The notes: generated from the sequence alone by a model not told the origin. DNA of 64,000 nt from Nitrospirota bacterium (GCA_035873375.1 JAYWMQ010000006.1:135706-199705), one strand, 5' to 3'. Positions 37,810-48,083 are shown, counted from the stretch's first letter. Numbers and translations are program-made.

Positions 37810-39890
37810 CAGATATTCCTCCTGACTATATTTACAATGTCGCCTGCCATAAGGTCATTAAAGCTGAAATGCTCTGCCCCCAGTGCTGAGGCAAGCCTTG
37901 CAGCAAGTCCGAACCTCACCACTGACTTTTCTTCCGTATCTATCACGATAAATTTTATCCGCTTCTCCCTTGACATCTCTCCGGCTATCCGCAGCACTTC
38001 GTCCTGCGGAGAAAGACGGTTGTCAATGGATACATTGGCCCTGCCGTCCGTAACGATTATTGCTATGGGGCGTGAAGAGGTCTCTTTCACAAGATGCACG
38101 CCGAGCAGATTAAAACCCTTGAGAAGCCCCTCTGACATGGGAGTGCGTCCTCCCACAGGCATCTCGCTGAGGTGTCTTACGGCAAGTTCAACAGACGAGG
38201 TGGGCGGCAGGTTGACCACGGCCTTTCGCTGTCTGAAGGTCACCATTGCCACCTTGTCTCTTTTCTGATAGGCATCGAGCAGGAGGGAGAGGATTGCCCC
38301 CTTGGTTGCAATCATGCGTGCCTTTGCCCCCATTGAGCCGCTGGCATCAACCATAAAGACAAGGAAATTCCCTACCCTCTTCTCCCTTATCTTTCTTCGT
38401 ATATCATCCCTGCGTATGGATATGGCCATTCCTCTCTCTTTTTCCCTGCTCCCCTGGTGCGGAGCAGCAGCCCTGATGGTCGCATCAATGGCTATATCAG
38501 GATATTTATCACTCTGAATACTTTTCACAAACCTGCCGCTCTTCTGCGTTGTTCTTGTCCTCGTACGTCTGCCCGAACCACGGCGCACAAGGCGATCCTT
38601 CTCCTGCGTAATACTCTGCACCCTGAATGTGCGGCCTGGCTCAAATACCTGTTCAGTACCCCCTGACGGCTCATCCTCTTCAGAGGACGATTCAGGATCA
38701 GGAAGTCCCCTCTGATAATCCTCCTCCACACCATCCATTTCACCGTCCCTGTCCTCTCCATTTTCATGGGGCTGATTCTTTATGTCATTGTTGTCAACAG
38801 ACCTGTTTTGCCCTTGCTCCTTCTGATCATCCCCGTCACCGGAATCATCACGGTTATCAGGATCATCATGCCCGGGTGGCGGCGGGGGCGGGGGCAGGGC
38901 ATCCCTTCTGCGGTGCAGTATTGCCATACCGGCCACACGGTTTATGTCACTGACCGTTACAGCGGAGCGGCCCTCATAGGCGGCAAGGGCCCTGGCTGCA
39001 TATTTTATAGCCATGTCCGCCCTGTGACCTGCAACGTTGTTTTGCAGGCATATTTCAGAGATAAGGCCAAGGAGTCGCTGAGGAAAGACCACCCCTTCAA
39101 GTCTTTCCCCCGCACTCCTGATCCGATCTGCAATCCCTCTGTTCTCGTTGAGGTAACGGGCTGCAAACTCCACGGGATTGTTGTCATAGCTGTCCCTCAT
39201 CTCCATGAGCCGTACCCTGTTGTCAGGATCGCCCTCCCCTCTAATCTCAACACAGAGGCCGAAGCGGTCGAGCAACTGAGGACGGAGCGCCCCTTCTTCA
39301 GGATTCATGGTGCCTGCAAGAATAAATCGTGAGGGATGAAGATATGAAAGTCCTTCACGCTCCACAATATTTATACCGCTTGAGACAGCATCGAGGATTA
39401 TATCCACTAAATGGTCATCCAGAAGATTAACCTCATCTATGTAGAGGATTCCCCTGTTTACCCTGGCAAGGAGCCCCGGCTGAAAACGCCTTTGCCCTTT
39501 CCTCATGGCAAATTCAATATCCAGGCTGCCGGTGACCATCTCCTCTGTTGCATTCAGCGGAAGGGTGACAAGGGGAACCTTGATATATCCGCTTTCAGGA
39601 TAATTTCCAGTCTTGATCTTCCCTGCACATTCAGGACAGAGGAGCACCCTGTTGTCAGGATCACAGAGACACGAACATCCCCTGACCACTTTTATATCAG
39701 GTAAAAGACTCCTTAATGCCCTGACTGCCGTTGATTTTGCAGTACCTTTCTCCCCCCTGATGAGTACACCGCCGATGCGGGGCTCTATTGCATTGAGGAT
39801 AAGTGCAAGCTTCATCTCCTCCTGTCCCATGATTGCGGAGAAGGGATAAAGATAATCCTCTGTCAGTGTCCTGTTGTTATTAAACTCCAT
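37809..39890 (-). CDS. chlD: Chelatase subunit D (AAA + Pro/acidic linker + vWA)
   Basis: [16 protein letters not shown] followed by a D/E-rich linker, MIDAS VDASGSM. Confidence 0.9.
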   Translation of the reverse strand: MEFNNNRTLTEDYLYPFSAIMGQEEMKLALILNAIEPRIGGVLIRGEKGTAKSTAVRALRSLLPDIKVVRGCSCLCDPDNRVLLCPECAGKIKTGNYPESGYIKVPLVTLPLNATEEMVTGSLDIEFAMRKGQRRFQPGLLARVNRGILYIDEVNLLDDHLVDIILDAVSSGINIVEREGLSYLHPSRFILAGTMNPEEGALRPQLLDRFGLCVEIRGEGDPDNRVRLMEMRDSYDNNPVEFAARYLNENRGIADRIRSAGERLEGVVFPQRLLGLISEICLQNNVAGHRADMAIKYAARALAAYEGRSAVTVSDINRVAGMAILHRRRDALPPPPPPPGHDDPDNRDDSGDGDDQKEQGQNRSVDNNDIKNQPHENGEDRDGEMDGVEEDYQRGLPDPESSSEEDEPSGGTEQVFEPGRTFRVQSITQEKDRLVRRGSGRRTRTRTTQKSGRFVKSIQSDKYPDIAIDATIRAAAPHQGSREKERGMAISIRRDDIRRKIREKRVGNFLVFMVDASGSMGAKARMIATKGAILSLLLDAYQKRDKVAMVTFRQRKAVVNLPPTSSVELAVRHLSEMPVGGRTPMSEGLLKGFNLLGVHLVKETSSRPIAIIVTDGRANVSIDNRLSPQDEVLRIAGEMSREKRIKFIVIDTEEKSVVRFGLAARLASALGAEHFSFNDLMAGDIVNIVRRNI

Positions 39891-41556
39891 TCACCACTCC
39901 TATAAATTCCTCAACTGTAAGTGCAGGCGGGGAGATTCCGCTTTTCCTTGAAAGCATGAAGGACAACGAAGGCAGAAGGCCTGCATCTTTGAGGGCCTCT
40001 TCACTGCCAAGCACCTCCCTGGCCGGACCGTCAGCAACCACACAGCCATCCTTCATAAGCAATACCCTGTTTGAAAAACGCACTGCTGTCTCAAAATCAT
40101 GCGTGCAGAAAACCACCGCCTCTATCCCGGCTTCATTTCTGATTATTCGGATCAGGTTGCATATATTCTCCTCGTTCTGCCCTGTCGTCGGCTCATCCAG
40201 CAGCAGCAGCCGCGGGTCCATGGCAAGCACCGCCCCTATCACCACCCTGAGACGCTGTCCTTTTGATAGGGCATGCGGGGGTATCCTTTCCAGTCCTTCA
40301 AGCCGAAGCATAGCGACAAGGGACCTGTTTCTTGCCATGCGCACCACTTTATCAACACCAAGATTCTTCTGGCTGAACTCCAGTTCAACCCACACACTGT
40401 CTTCAAATAACTGGAGGTCAGGATTCTGAAAGACCATTCCCACCCTGCCCGAATTTCCATGCCTGCGTCCCTTGAGACTGCTCAGTCCGTTCATTTCGGC
40501 ACTGCCTGCAACCGGCTGGTTCAGGCCTGACAGTATACTCAGGAGCGTTGATTTGCCTGAACCGTTCTGCCCCATGATCGCAATTATGTCACCACTGTAA
40601 ATCTCAAGAGAGACTCCTTTTAAGGACGGCTCCCCTGCCCCCCGGTAGGCAAAGGAGATATCCCTGAGAGAGGCAACACGTCTTTTTTTAGTGCCATTGT
40701 TTCCTGCAGGACTCTCATACCTGAAGCCCTGCTTTGATGGTTTGAGTTTAATGACTTCATCAATCAGATTCCCGGTCCACTCACTTGCCCATTCGTGGCA
40801 AACAGCCCCTGCAATCTGAACGGCATCAGGCACCTTGAGGCCAAGGGTTTTAAAAATTCCGGTATGTGCCGGCAGGTCCTTCCTGTCAATATCAAGGACG
40901 ACCCTTCCCTGGTCCATCACCATTATACGGTCGACAATCCCTATCACGTCATCCACCCTGTGCTCCACCAGGACGATGGTTATGCCCCTCTGCTTAAGGT
41001 CATCGAGACACCTGACTATCTCGGCAGTACCGGCAGGGTCGAGCTGGCTCACCGGCTCATCAAGCGCCAGCACCACCGGTCCCATGGCGAGTTGCGAGGC
41101 AATGGCAACACGCTGTTTCTGACCACCGGAGAGTCTTGCGGTCTGCCGTTCTTCAAATCCCTCAAGACCGACCTGGGCCAAGGCCTCCCCCACTCTCTTC
41201 GTGATCTCTGCAGGGGGAAGGCCGAGATTTTCAGGGCCGAATGATATCTCATCCCTCACTGTATTACAGAAGAGCTGATCATCAGGACTCTGAAATACCA
41301 TCCCCACATATTGCGAGATGTAGGGCAGGGACGAAGTGCGGGTCTCTATTCCGTTGACAACCACCAGACCCCGCATCCCACCTGCGCTCTCATGAGGGAT
41401 TATCCCACCCAGCATCTTCAGAAGCGTGCTCTTGCCGCAGCCTGTACGGCCTGTGACAAGCACGCACTGTCCCCTGGGCACGGAAAAGGAGACCTCCTGC
41501 ACTGACAGATCGCTGCGTCCTGCATATTTAAAGGAGACGTTTTTAAAGGTTATCAT
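39880..41556 (-). CDS. Duplicated ABC ATPase (ECF A-A' fusion)
   Basis: GRTGCGKST/LSGGQ/DEP and GQNGSGKST/LSKGQ/DEPT. FQSPDDQ and FQNPDLQ Q-loops are typical of EcfA. Confidence 0.9.
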   Translation of the reverse strand: MITFKNVSFKYAGRSDLSVQEVSFSVPRGQCVLVTGRTGCGKSTLLKMLGGIIPHESAGGMRGLVVVNGIETRTSSLPYISQYVGMVFQSPDDQLFCNTVRDEISFGPENLGLPPAEITKRVGEALAQVGLEGFEERQTARLSGGQKQRVAIASQLAMGPVVLALDEPVSQLDPAGTAEIVRCLDDLKQRGITIVLVEHRVDDVIGIVDRIMVMDQGRVVLDIDRKDLPAHTGIFKTLGLKVPDAVQIAGAVCHEWASEWTGNLIDEVIKLKPSKQGFRYESPAGNNGTKKRRVASLRDISFAYRGAGEPSLKGVSLEIYSGDIIAIMGQNGSGKSTLLSILSGLNQPVAGSAEMNGLSSLKGRRHGNSGRVGMVFQNPDLQLFEDSVWVELEFSQKNLGVDKVVRMARNRSLVAMLRLEGLERIPPHALSKGQRLRVVIGAVLAMDPRLLLLDEPTTGQNEENICNLIRIIRNEAGIEAVVFCTHDFETAVRFSNRVLLMKDGCVVADGPAREVLGSEEALKDAGLLPSLSFMLSRKSGISPPALTVEEFIGVVNGV

Positions 41557-41577
41557 CTGTTGTTGCCCATCCTCGTC

Positions 41578-43635
41578 CTAAAGTGAAACCCTGTAGCTTA
41601 GATACCAGGCCCGTCCGGATAATGGAAACTCCGGTTTTTCATAATAATACTCGTCAAAGATATTGTTGACCTTAAGGGTTAGCTCCTGCTGCTTTTTGAA
41701 TTTAATACCGGCAACAAGGTCAACAACAGTAAAGCCTTTATAGGTAATTTCGGGATATCCAGGTGTATACCAGTCATAATCCTTGCGGCTGCCAACGTAG
41801 CGGGCCAGCAGCCTTGTGTTGACCCGGCCGTCATCATAGCTGAGGCCGTAGTTCACCTTCCAGCGGGCAACGTTATGAATATTGTCCTCTTCTTCCCCGG
41901 GTATCTTCTCTGTTGCTTCAAAGAGCCTGGTGGCATTGGTAAAGAAACTGACAGAGCGGTCCCATTTAAAGAAGACTCCGGCATCCCATTTGAGTTCAAC
42001 CTCCATCCCTTCCATTCTGGCCTCAGCCGCATTCTCAAAAGTGGTAATATTGCCGTCCTTCTTCCGCGTGATCTTGTCGTCCACCCTTGTCAGGAAATAG
42101 GTTGTATCCAGGCTAAGCCCCCAGTCATTGCGGTCAAGGCCAACCCCTATATCCCAGGTCCAGCTCTTCTCAGGTCCGAGGTCAGGGTTTCCCTGTGTTA
42201 TCATTGTGGTGCCACCAACGATCCGCTCGGAATATCCGGCCATCTGGTAGGCATTAGGAGGCACAAAGGCCTTGCCCAGCGTGCTGTGAAGGTTCAGGAT
42301 GGAAGAGATAAAGTACTTGATTCCAAACCTTGGATTTATGGTATCAAAGTTTTCGCTGGCTGGATAAAAATCCGTCTTGTACGGGGTCTCCTTGGTCTCC
42401 ACATTGAAGTAATCATAACGAAGCCCTGCATTCAGTATGAGTCTGTTATCAAGAAACTTCCATAATGTGTCGCCAAAGACTGCCCAGTTCTCCCTTTCAT
42501 CATCAGGAGAATAAGGGGCCTTGCGGGTTCCGTCCTGTTTGTAGCTCTTACGTTCCTCCTCAATATCCTGGTAATCGGCTCCAACAGTAAACTGATGAGT
42601 CCTCCAGTGCGTTGCATTTTGAATCTGCACACCCTGCCACCTGGTGGCACTTTCGTAATTCTTGTAGGGCTCTGCAAGGACATAGGAGCCAACGCTGTAA
42701 TCATAGACATACTTCTTGTAATACTCACTGCTTTCATTGGAGGCAAAGACTGTAACCCTGCTCTCGTTTTGACCCCAAACCCTTCTTAACTGCATGTCGC
42801 CTCCGTAGCGCACAATATCCTTCCGGCTCTGCTGAAGATCACCGTAAAAGAGTGCTCCAGGCGTTTCAATATCAATTCCCTTATACAGATCACCCTTGAT
42901 ATCCAGCCTCCAGCCGGGGCTGAGGTCACTGCCGAGACGCAGCGAGCCATACCTTGTCTTGTACGAGGTTCCGGGGCGGATACCTTCTCCGTCACCCAGT
43001 TTCATGTCACTCACCTGTGTGTAGTTGCGAAGTGTCAGGTCGAAATCGAGCCAATCGGCAAGACGGCCTCCGGCAGCCAGCTTTTCAAAGTTGGTATCAA
43101 AACTGCCTCCACCCAATTCAGCAGAACCTGTGAGGGGGCCTATGGTCTTCTTTGTGATTATATTGATCACACCACCCATTGCTTCAGCACCGTAAAGGGA
43201 AGAGGCCGGCCCCTTCAGCACCTCTATGCGCTCTACATTGTCCATCAGGATAGTGGCAAGGTTGGTGGCACCGGCCGGCCGGCCGTCGATAAGGAGTAAC
43301 GAGTGCTTTGTAATCCCTGAAAACTCAGGTCTGAAGCCCCGTATGCTGATCCCTGAAAGTGCACCCGGGTACTCGATAACGTCAACATTGCTGTTCTTCT
43401 TGAGCTGTTCGGAAAGTGTATCTCCAGCAGTCGCCTTAATCTCTTCAGAGGTTATTACATCCACAACCTGGGGAACCTCTTTTTTCGGCATCTCCGTACG
43501 GGTTGCAGTAACAACAATCTCTTCCATAGCGTTAACGTCATTGCCTGTCGTGTCATCACCTGCAGACGCAGTTGTGACTATGAATAAAATACAGAGGGTA
43601 ATCAAAACAGGATACAAAAGATGCGTTGCTTTCAT
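41578..43635 (-). CDS. TonB-dependent outer-membrane receptor (B12-regulated)
   Basis: Signal peptide, TonB box EEIVVTA, plug ERIEVLKGPASSLYG, C-terminal NIFD.YY...GR.W. Confidence 0.92.
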   Translation of the reverse strand: MKATHLLYPVLITLCILFIVTTASAGDDTTGNDVNAMEEIVVTATRTEMPKKEVPQVVDVITSEEIKATAGDTLSEQLKKNSNVDVIEYPGALSGISIRGFRPEFSGITKHSLLLIDGRPAGATNLATILMDNVERIEVLKGPASSLYGAEAMGGVINIITKKTIGPLTGSAELGGGSFDTNFEKLAAGGRLADWLDFDLTLRNYTQVSDMKLGDGEGIRPGTSYKTRYGSLRLGSDLSPGWRLDIKGDLYKGIDIETPGALFYGDLQQSRKDIVRYGGDMQLRRVWGQNESRVTVFASNESSEYYKKYVYDYSVGSYVLAEPYKNYESATRWQGVQIQNATHWRTHQFTVGADYQDIEEERKSYKQDGTRKAPYSPDDERENWAVFGDTLWKFLDNRLILNAGLRYDYFNVETKETPYKTDFYPASENFDTINPRFGIKYFISSILNLHSTLGKAFVPPNAYQMAGYSERIVGGTTMITQGNPDLGPEKSWTWDIGVGLDRNDWGLSLDTTYFLTRVDDKITRKKDGNITTFENAAEARMEGMEVELKWDAGVFFKWDRSVSFFTNATRLFEATEKIPGEEEDNIHNVARWKVNYGLSYDDGRVNTRLLARYVGSRKDYDWYTPGYPEITYKGFTVVDLVAGIKFKKQQELTLKVNNIFDEYYYEKPEFPLSGRAWYLSYRVSL

Positions 43636-43671
43636 TTTTTTCTTCCTCCCGCGAGAAATTTTTAGTTTTTT

Positions 43672-43882
43672 TCCGGTCTGGACAGGTCTTCCGGCTCAGG
43701 GCGATAAGACAGTTGCGAGTTGCGGGTTCCGGGTTGCGAGTCAAACCGCGTCTCTTTCCTACTCACCCGCCTTCCCGTCATGGTGTTATCCATGACAGTG
43801 GCTTCTTTCGGGCTTTCGTTCCCTTCACGGCTGCGGGGCAGCGGGGGATTTTCACCCCTCTTCCCTGACATCCAGCCTTGTG
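43672..43882 (-). ncRNA. Cobalamin riboswitch 1
   Basis: Minus strand: AGGGAA-GGTGAAAATCC-GCTGCCCCGCAGCCGTGA...GCCACTG...GGGAAGG...GAGCCGGAAGACCTG, directly upstream of the receptor RBS. Confidence 0.93.
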
Positions 43883-44029
43883 GTCAAAATGCGTGTTTAT
43901 AAATTACTGCCTCTGTTCTCACCTCCCTTACTGTCAGATCCCTACTGTCATACTGAACTTGTTTCAGCATCTGCGTGTTACCTCTCCAAGATTTTCATAA
44001 CTTACGGTTTTTTCAGTCATGAACCGACC

Positions 44030-44806
44030 TTATCCGCAGAGATAGGCATCGCAGTATATGCCTCCGGCACACAGGAGCTTTACGGTCTTTGCCGTCTCCA
44101 TAACGAACCTGTCAAGCGGATTCATAATTGCGGCATCAAGACCTGCACCTGCCAGCACTCCAAGTGCGGAACTGTTCATGATGGACCTGTTTTCCCCTTT
44201 CAGCCCCTGTGAGATATTGCTCAACCCCACCAGGGTCTTTACCTCCGGAAAGGTCTCCTTAAAAAGACGGCCAGCAACAGCTGCCTCGGTCAGTGCGTCA
44301 GGATTCATCGAAAACGAAGCAAGTACAGGGTCAAGGTAGACGTCAGACTGCATAATGTCATACCGGACAGCCTCCTCAATGATATCCATTGCAATGCTGC
44401 ACCTCTCGTTTATACTGCCTGCATAACCCCTTTCCGGAAGGGTCATGCCTATGATACCGGCATTGAACTCAGATGCAAGGGAAAGCAGTCTCCCCATCCT
44501 CTCCCTGTCACCGGTAACCCCGTTTATTATTGCCCTTCCCCTGTGAACACCAAGCCCTGCCTCTATCATTTCAGGCGTTCCATTAAGACAGAGGGGCACA
44601 TCCACACTCTGCTGGATAACCTCAACCACATCCCTCATAAGCCGCTCTCCACCGGCAATATCAGGCCCGATATTCACATCCAGCATATCTGCACCTGATT
44701 CAGCCTGCAAAATGGCAAGGCTGACAACCCGGGAAAGGTCTCCGGATACAAGACTCTCATATACAGCAGGGGCCAGCACATTTATCTTTTCACCTATAAC
44801 CAGCAT
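44030..44806 (-). CDS. Pterin-binding methyltransferase (AcsE/methyltetrahydrofolate:corrinoid methyltransferase-like)
   Basis: IGEKIN, GADMLDVN, YLDPV, GLSNIS, GLDAAI. Confidence 0.8.
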   Translation of the reverse strand: MLVIGEKINVLAPAVYESLVSGDLSRVVSLAILQAESGADMLDVNIGPDIAGGERLMRDVVEVIQQSVDVPLCLNGTPEMIEAGLGVHRGRAIINGVTGDRERMGRLLSLASEFNAGIIGMTLPERGYAGSINERCSIAMDIIEEAVRYDIMQSDVYLDPVLASFSMNPDALTEAAVAGRLFKETFPEVKTLVGLSNISQGLKGENRSIMNSSALGVLAGAGLDAAIMNPLDRFVMETAKTVKLLCAGGIYCDAYLCG

Positions 44807-44862
44807 ATTTGTACGCCTCCTTTTTATCCTGAATCCGTTAATAAAAAGGTTCCGTCAACGTA

Positions 44863-45000
44863 AGGAAGTGATATGATAGAGTCTGAACGGTTTTAAGTAT
44901 CACAAAGGCTTCACCTGGATGGTGAACCGTGATACTTCCCTCGGAGTGCCGGCTGGATGCCGGGACGAGAATGAGTTCAGACTCTATCATATCGCTTCCT
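44863..45000 (-). repeat. Structured intergenic repeat, copy C (overlaps the nrdG stop)
   Basis: Terminal arms 25/26 complementary. The 94-nt core differs from copy B at 6 positions, including one compensatory pair. Confidence 0.9.
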
Positions 45001-45720
45001 AAAACCTTTTATTCCTGATTCCAGGTTTATATTTCTGATTCCGCATCTCTTCCAAAAGTATCCGGAACCTGCAAGATTTTCATGCAGGCACTCAATATCC
45101 GGATATTCCGGAGAGAGGTCTTCCCTGCATCCTGGAAAAGACCGGAAGACCTGAAGAAAATAACTCTCCACATTCATGAACTGTAACTCCGTCATCATAT
45201 CAAGGAGATCACTCATGCCCAGCCCACTGAAGACGGTTGTTCTTATCTCGTAGGAAAGTCCGCTTCCTGTTATTACTTCAATTGACCGGCGTATCTTCTC
45301 TTTATTGCTCTCCACTCCGGTGACCCCTGCGTATCTGCTGAGTGGAGCCTTATAGTCCATTGCCATATAATCAACAAGCCCCGCTCTCACCAACTCCTCA
45401 AGCCTGTCAGGCCTTGAGCCGTTGGTGTCCAGTTTTATCTGATACCCCATATCCCTCACCTCCCGGAGGAAATCCTCAAGATCGGACTGAAGGAGAGGCT
45501 CTCCGCCTGTCACGACCACTCCATCGAGCAGCCCCTTTCTACTGTCAAGAAAGGAGAGGATTTCATTTTCCGGTATCGGTTCCTTAAACAAATGCGGGTA
45601 AACAAGCTCCTGGTTATAACAGTAGACACATCTGAAATTACAGCCCTGCATAAAGACAATGGCACTGATTTGTCCGGGATAATCTATTAAAGAGAATTTC
45701 TGAAGACCTCCAATCGTCAT
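44977..45720 (-). CDS. nrdG: Anaerobic ribonucleotide reductase activating enzyme (radical SAM)
   Basis: GCNFRCVYC, VTGGEP, KLDTNG; adjacent to nrdD. Confidence 0.93.
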   Translation of the reverse strand: MTIGGLQKFSLIDYPGQISAIVFMQGCNFRCVYCYNQELVYPHLFKEPIPENEILSFLDSRKGLLDGVVVTGGEPLLQSDLEDFLREVRDMGYQIKLDTNGSRPDRLEELVRAGLVDYMAMDYKAPLSRYAGVTGVESNKEKIRRSIEVITGSGLSYEIRTTVFSGLGMSDLLDMMTELQFMNVESYFLQVFRSFPGCREDLSPEYPDIECLHENLAGSGYFWKRCGIRNINLESGIKGFRKRYDRV

Positions 45721-47810
45721 GCCAGCTCAAACTCCTTCCGGGTCCTGAACTCCTCCTTCTTTCCCTTGTTCCACTGTCTCACAGGCCGGAGATAGCCGAC
45801 TATGCGGGAATAAATCTCCGTCTCCTCATGACAGCGGGGACACTCTGCAAACTCCCCGGCAATGTATCCGTCCACAGGGCAGACACTGAACGTTGGGGTA
45901 ACGGTAAAGTAGGGGAGGTGATATTGTTCACAGACCGTCTTTACAAGTCTCTTCAGTGCCCCGGTATCCTCTATCTTCTCACCGATAAAGAAATGCAGCA
46001 CTGTTCCGCCGGTGTATCGCTGCTGTACCGTGGCCTGATGATCAAGCACCTCAAATATATCGTCCGTAAAATCCACGGGCAACTGTGTGGAATTTGTATA
46101 AAAAGGCTCTGCATTAAATGTACGGTACTGAACCTCATTGGCACAGACAATCCCGGGAAACCTGTCCTTGTCAATCCTTGCCAGCCGGTAAGAAGTCCCC
46201 TCTGCCGGGGTTGCCTCAAGGTTATAGCTATTCCCGGTCTCTTCCTGGAACCCCACCAGCTTTTCCCTCATAAAATCCATCACCCTGAGCGTAAAGGCAT
46301 GCCCTTCCGGAGATGCAATCCCCTTGTTGATGAGATTCAGACACGCCTCGTTCATCCCTATAAGACCGATGGTGGAGAAGTGATTCTTCCAGTACTCATC
46401 AAAGCGTTCCTTGACACTCCTGAGGTAGTACTTTGCATAGGGATAAAGGTTGCCTTCAGTAAACTTCTCCAGAACCTTTCTTTTTATCTCAAGGCTCTCT
46501 TTGGCCATGACCATCAGCCTGTCCAGGAGGGCAATAAACTCATCCGCATCCTTAGCTGAATATCCGAGCCTCGGCATGTTGATGGTGACCACACCGATTG
46601 AACCGGTCAGGGGGTTTGCACCAAAGAGCCCGCCTCCCCGCTTCTGAAGCTCGCGGTTGTCGAGCCTAAGTCTGCAGCACATGGAACGGGCATCCTCCGG
46701 CTTCATATCCGAGTTGATGAAGTTCGAGAAATAGGGAATACCATATCTGGCAGTCACCTCCCACAGGATATCAAGGTTAGGGTTATCCCAATCGAAATCC
46801 TTCGTGATATTGTAGGTGGGGATGGGAAAGGTAAAGACCCTGCCCTTGGCATCGCCCTCAAGCATCACCTCTAAAAAAGCCCTGTTGAAGAGGTCCATCT
46901 CTTTCTGGAACTCCCCGTAGGTCTCATCCCGCATTCTGCCGCCTGCAACAACAGGCTGGTCTGTAAAGTTTTTCGGAACCGTAAGGTCAAGGGTGATGTT
47001 GGTAAAGGGTGTCTGAAACCCCACCCTTGTCGGAACGTTTATATTGAAGACAAACTCCTGAAGGGCCTGCTTGACCTCCCTGAAGCCCAGGCCGTCGTAT
47101 CTTATAAAGGGACTGAGAAGGGTGTCAAAATTGGAAAATGCCTGCGCACCAGCTGCCTCTCCCTGAAGGGTGTAGAAGAAGTTGACCACCTGGCCCAGCG
47201 CGCTCCTGAAATGCCTTGCCGGACTGCTCTCTATCTTGCCTGAGGCACCTTTAAAACCCTGAAACAAAAGGTCATGAAGGTCCCACCCGACGCAGTACAC
47301 AGAAAGGATGTTTAGATCGTGGATATGAAAATCTCCGTCAAGATGGGCCTTCCTGACCTCAGGAGGGTATATCTTGTTCAGCCAGTAAATCATGCTGATC
47401 TCTGAAGAGATGTAGTTATTCAGCCCCTGGAGAGAAAAGCCCATATTGCTGTTTTCATTAACCTTCCAGTCAAGCTGCTTCAGGTAATGGTCAACAAGGT
47501 CGATGTCCGCCTTCGTAGTAATCTTCCTGATCCTGGCATGTTGCTCCCTGTAAAGTATATACGCCTTGGCGGTTCTGCGGTAAACAGAAGACAGAAGCAC
47601 CTCTTCAACGATATCCTGAATCTCCTCTACAGCAGGAACCCTGTTGCCCATAACCTGTGCTGCCAGATTCAGCACCCTGAGCATCAGCCGTCCGGCAACT
47701 TCGCCATCAAACTCTCCGGTTGCAGCACCGGCTTTTGCAATTGCATTAGTAATCTTCTCTGCATTGAATTTTACTGTCTTGCCGTCCCGTTTCCGTATCT
47801 CCTTAAACAT
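45717..47810 (-). CDS. nrdD: Class III anaerobic ribonucleoside-triphosphate reductase with ATP cone
   Basis: KRDG ATP cone, SMCCRL, EATPAEG, CPVDG...CPRC, glycyl-radical loop YSRIVGYLRP. Start at ATG 47810 (RBS GGAGG). Confidence 0.96.
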   Translation of the reverse strand: MFKEIRKRDGKTVKFNAEKITNAIAKAGAATGEFDGEVAGRLMLRVLNLAAQVMGNRVPAVEEIQDIVEEVLLSSVYRRTAKAYILYREQHARIRKITTKADIDLVDHYLKQLDWKVNENSNMGFSLQGLNNYISSEISMIYWLNKIYPPEVRKAHLDGDFHIHDLNILSVYCVGWDLHDLLFQGFKGASGKIESSPARHFRSALGQVVNFFYTLQGEAAGAQAFSNFDTLLSPFIRYDGLGFREVKQALQEFVFNINVPTRVGFQTPFTNITLDLTVPKNFTDQPVVAGGRMRDETYGEFQKEMDLFNRAFLEVMLEGDAKGRVFTFPIPTYNITKDFDWDNPNLDILWEVTARYGIPYFSNFINSDMKPEDARSMCCRLRLDNRELQKRGGGLFGANPLTGSIGVVTINMPRLGYSAKDADEFIALLDRLMVMAKESLEIKRKVLEKFTEGNLYPYAKYYLRSVKERFDEYWKNHFSTIGLIGMNEACLNLINKGIASPEGHAFTLRVMDFMREKLVGFQEETGNSYNLEATPAEGTSYRLARIDKDRFPGIVCANEVQYRTFNAEPFYTNSTQLPVDFTDDIFEVLDHQATVQQRYTGGTVLHFFIGEKIEDTGALKRLVKTVCEQYHLPYFTVTPTFSVCPVDGYIAGEFAECPRCHEETEIYSRIVGYLRPVRQWNKGKKEEFRTRKEFELA

Positions 47811-47831
47811 TCCGCCTCCCTGGCAGTTCAT

Positions 47832-48044
47832 CTACCCGCACTGTATTTTGTTGTATTTACGGCACTTGTCCGCGTGCATCTCCTGTATGGCAAGTGAATC
47901 GACCATTCCGGGACGCACTGATATTTCAGCTCGCAACTCGCTTAAGTAGATATGGGGGGAAACAATCGCAATGGTAGCAGTCCGTGTATGTGTGGGGCTA
48001 TGAAGAAAAGACACTGTACAATAAGGCAGACGTATGAAGTCCAT
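47832..48044 (-). CDS. 70-aa ORF of unknown nature directly under riboswitch 2 (leader or gene remnant)
   Basis: Strong RBS GGGAGG at the position equivalent to the receptor start under riboswitch 1. No recognisable motif. Confidence 0.35.
   Translation of the reverse strand: MDFIRLPYCTVSFLHSPTHTRTATIAIVSPHIYLSELRAEISVRPGMVDSLAIQEMHADKCRKYNKIQCG
47838..47853. promoter_or_regulatory. Possible NrdR box
   Basis: gcaCTgtATtTTGttg resembles the consensus acaCwAtATaTwGtgt, about 28 nt upstream of the nrdD start. No second box seen. Confidence 0.3.
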
Positions 48045-48083
48045 CTCTTTTCCTCCCGCGAGAAAAGATTTTAGATTTATATC

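Noticed and set aside
32992-39890. Magnesium chelatase / photosynthesis genes
   Set aside because: The large subunit is CobN-like, the context is B12-regulated with CbiZ, and no bch/puf genes are present
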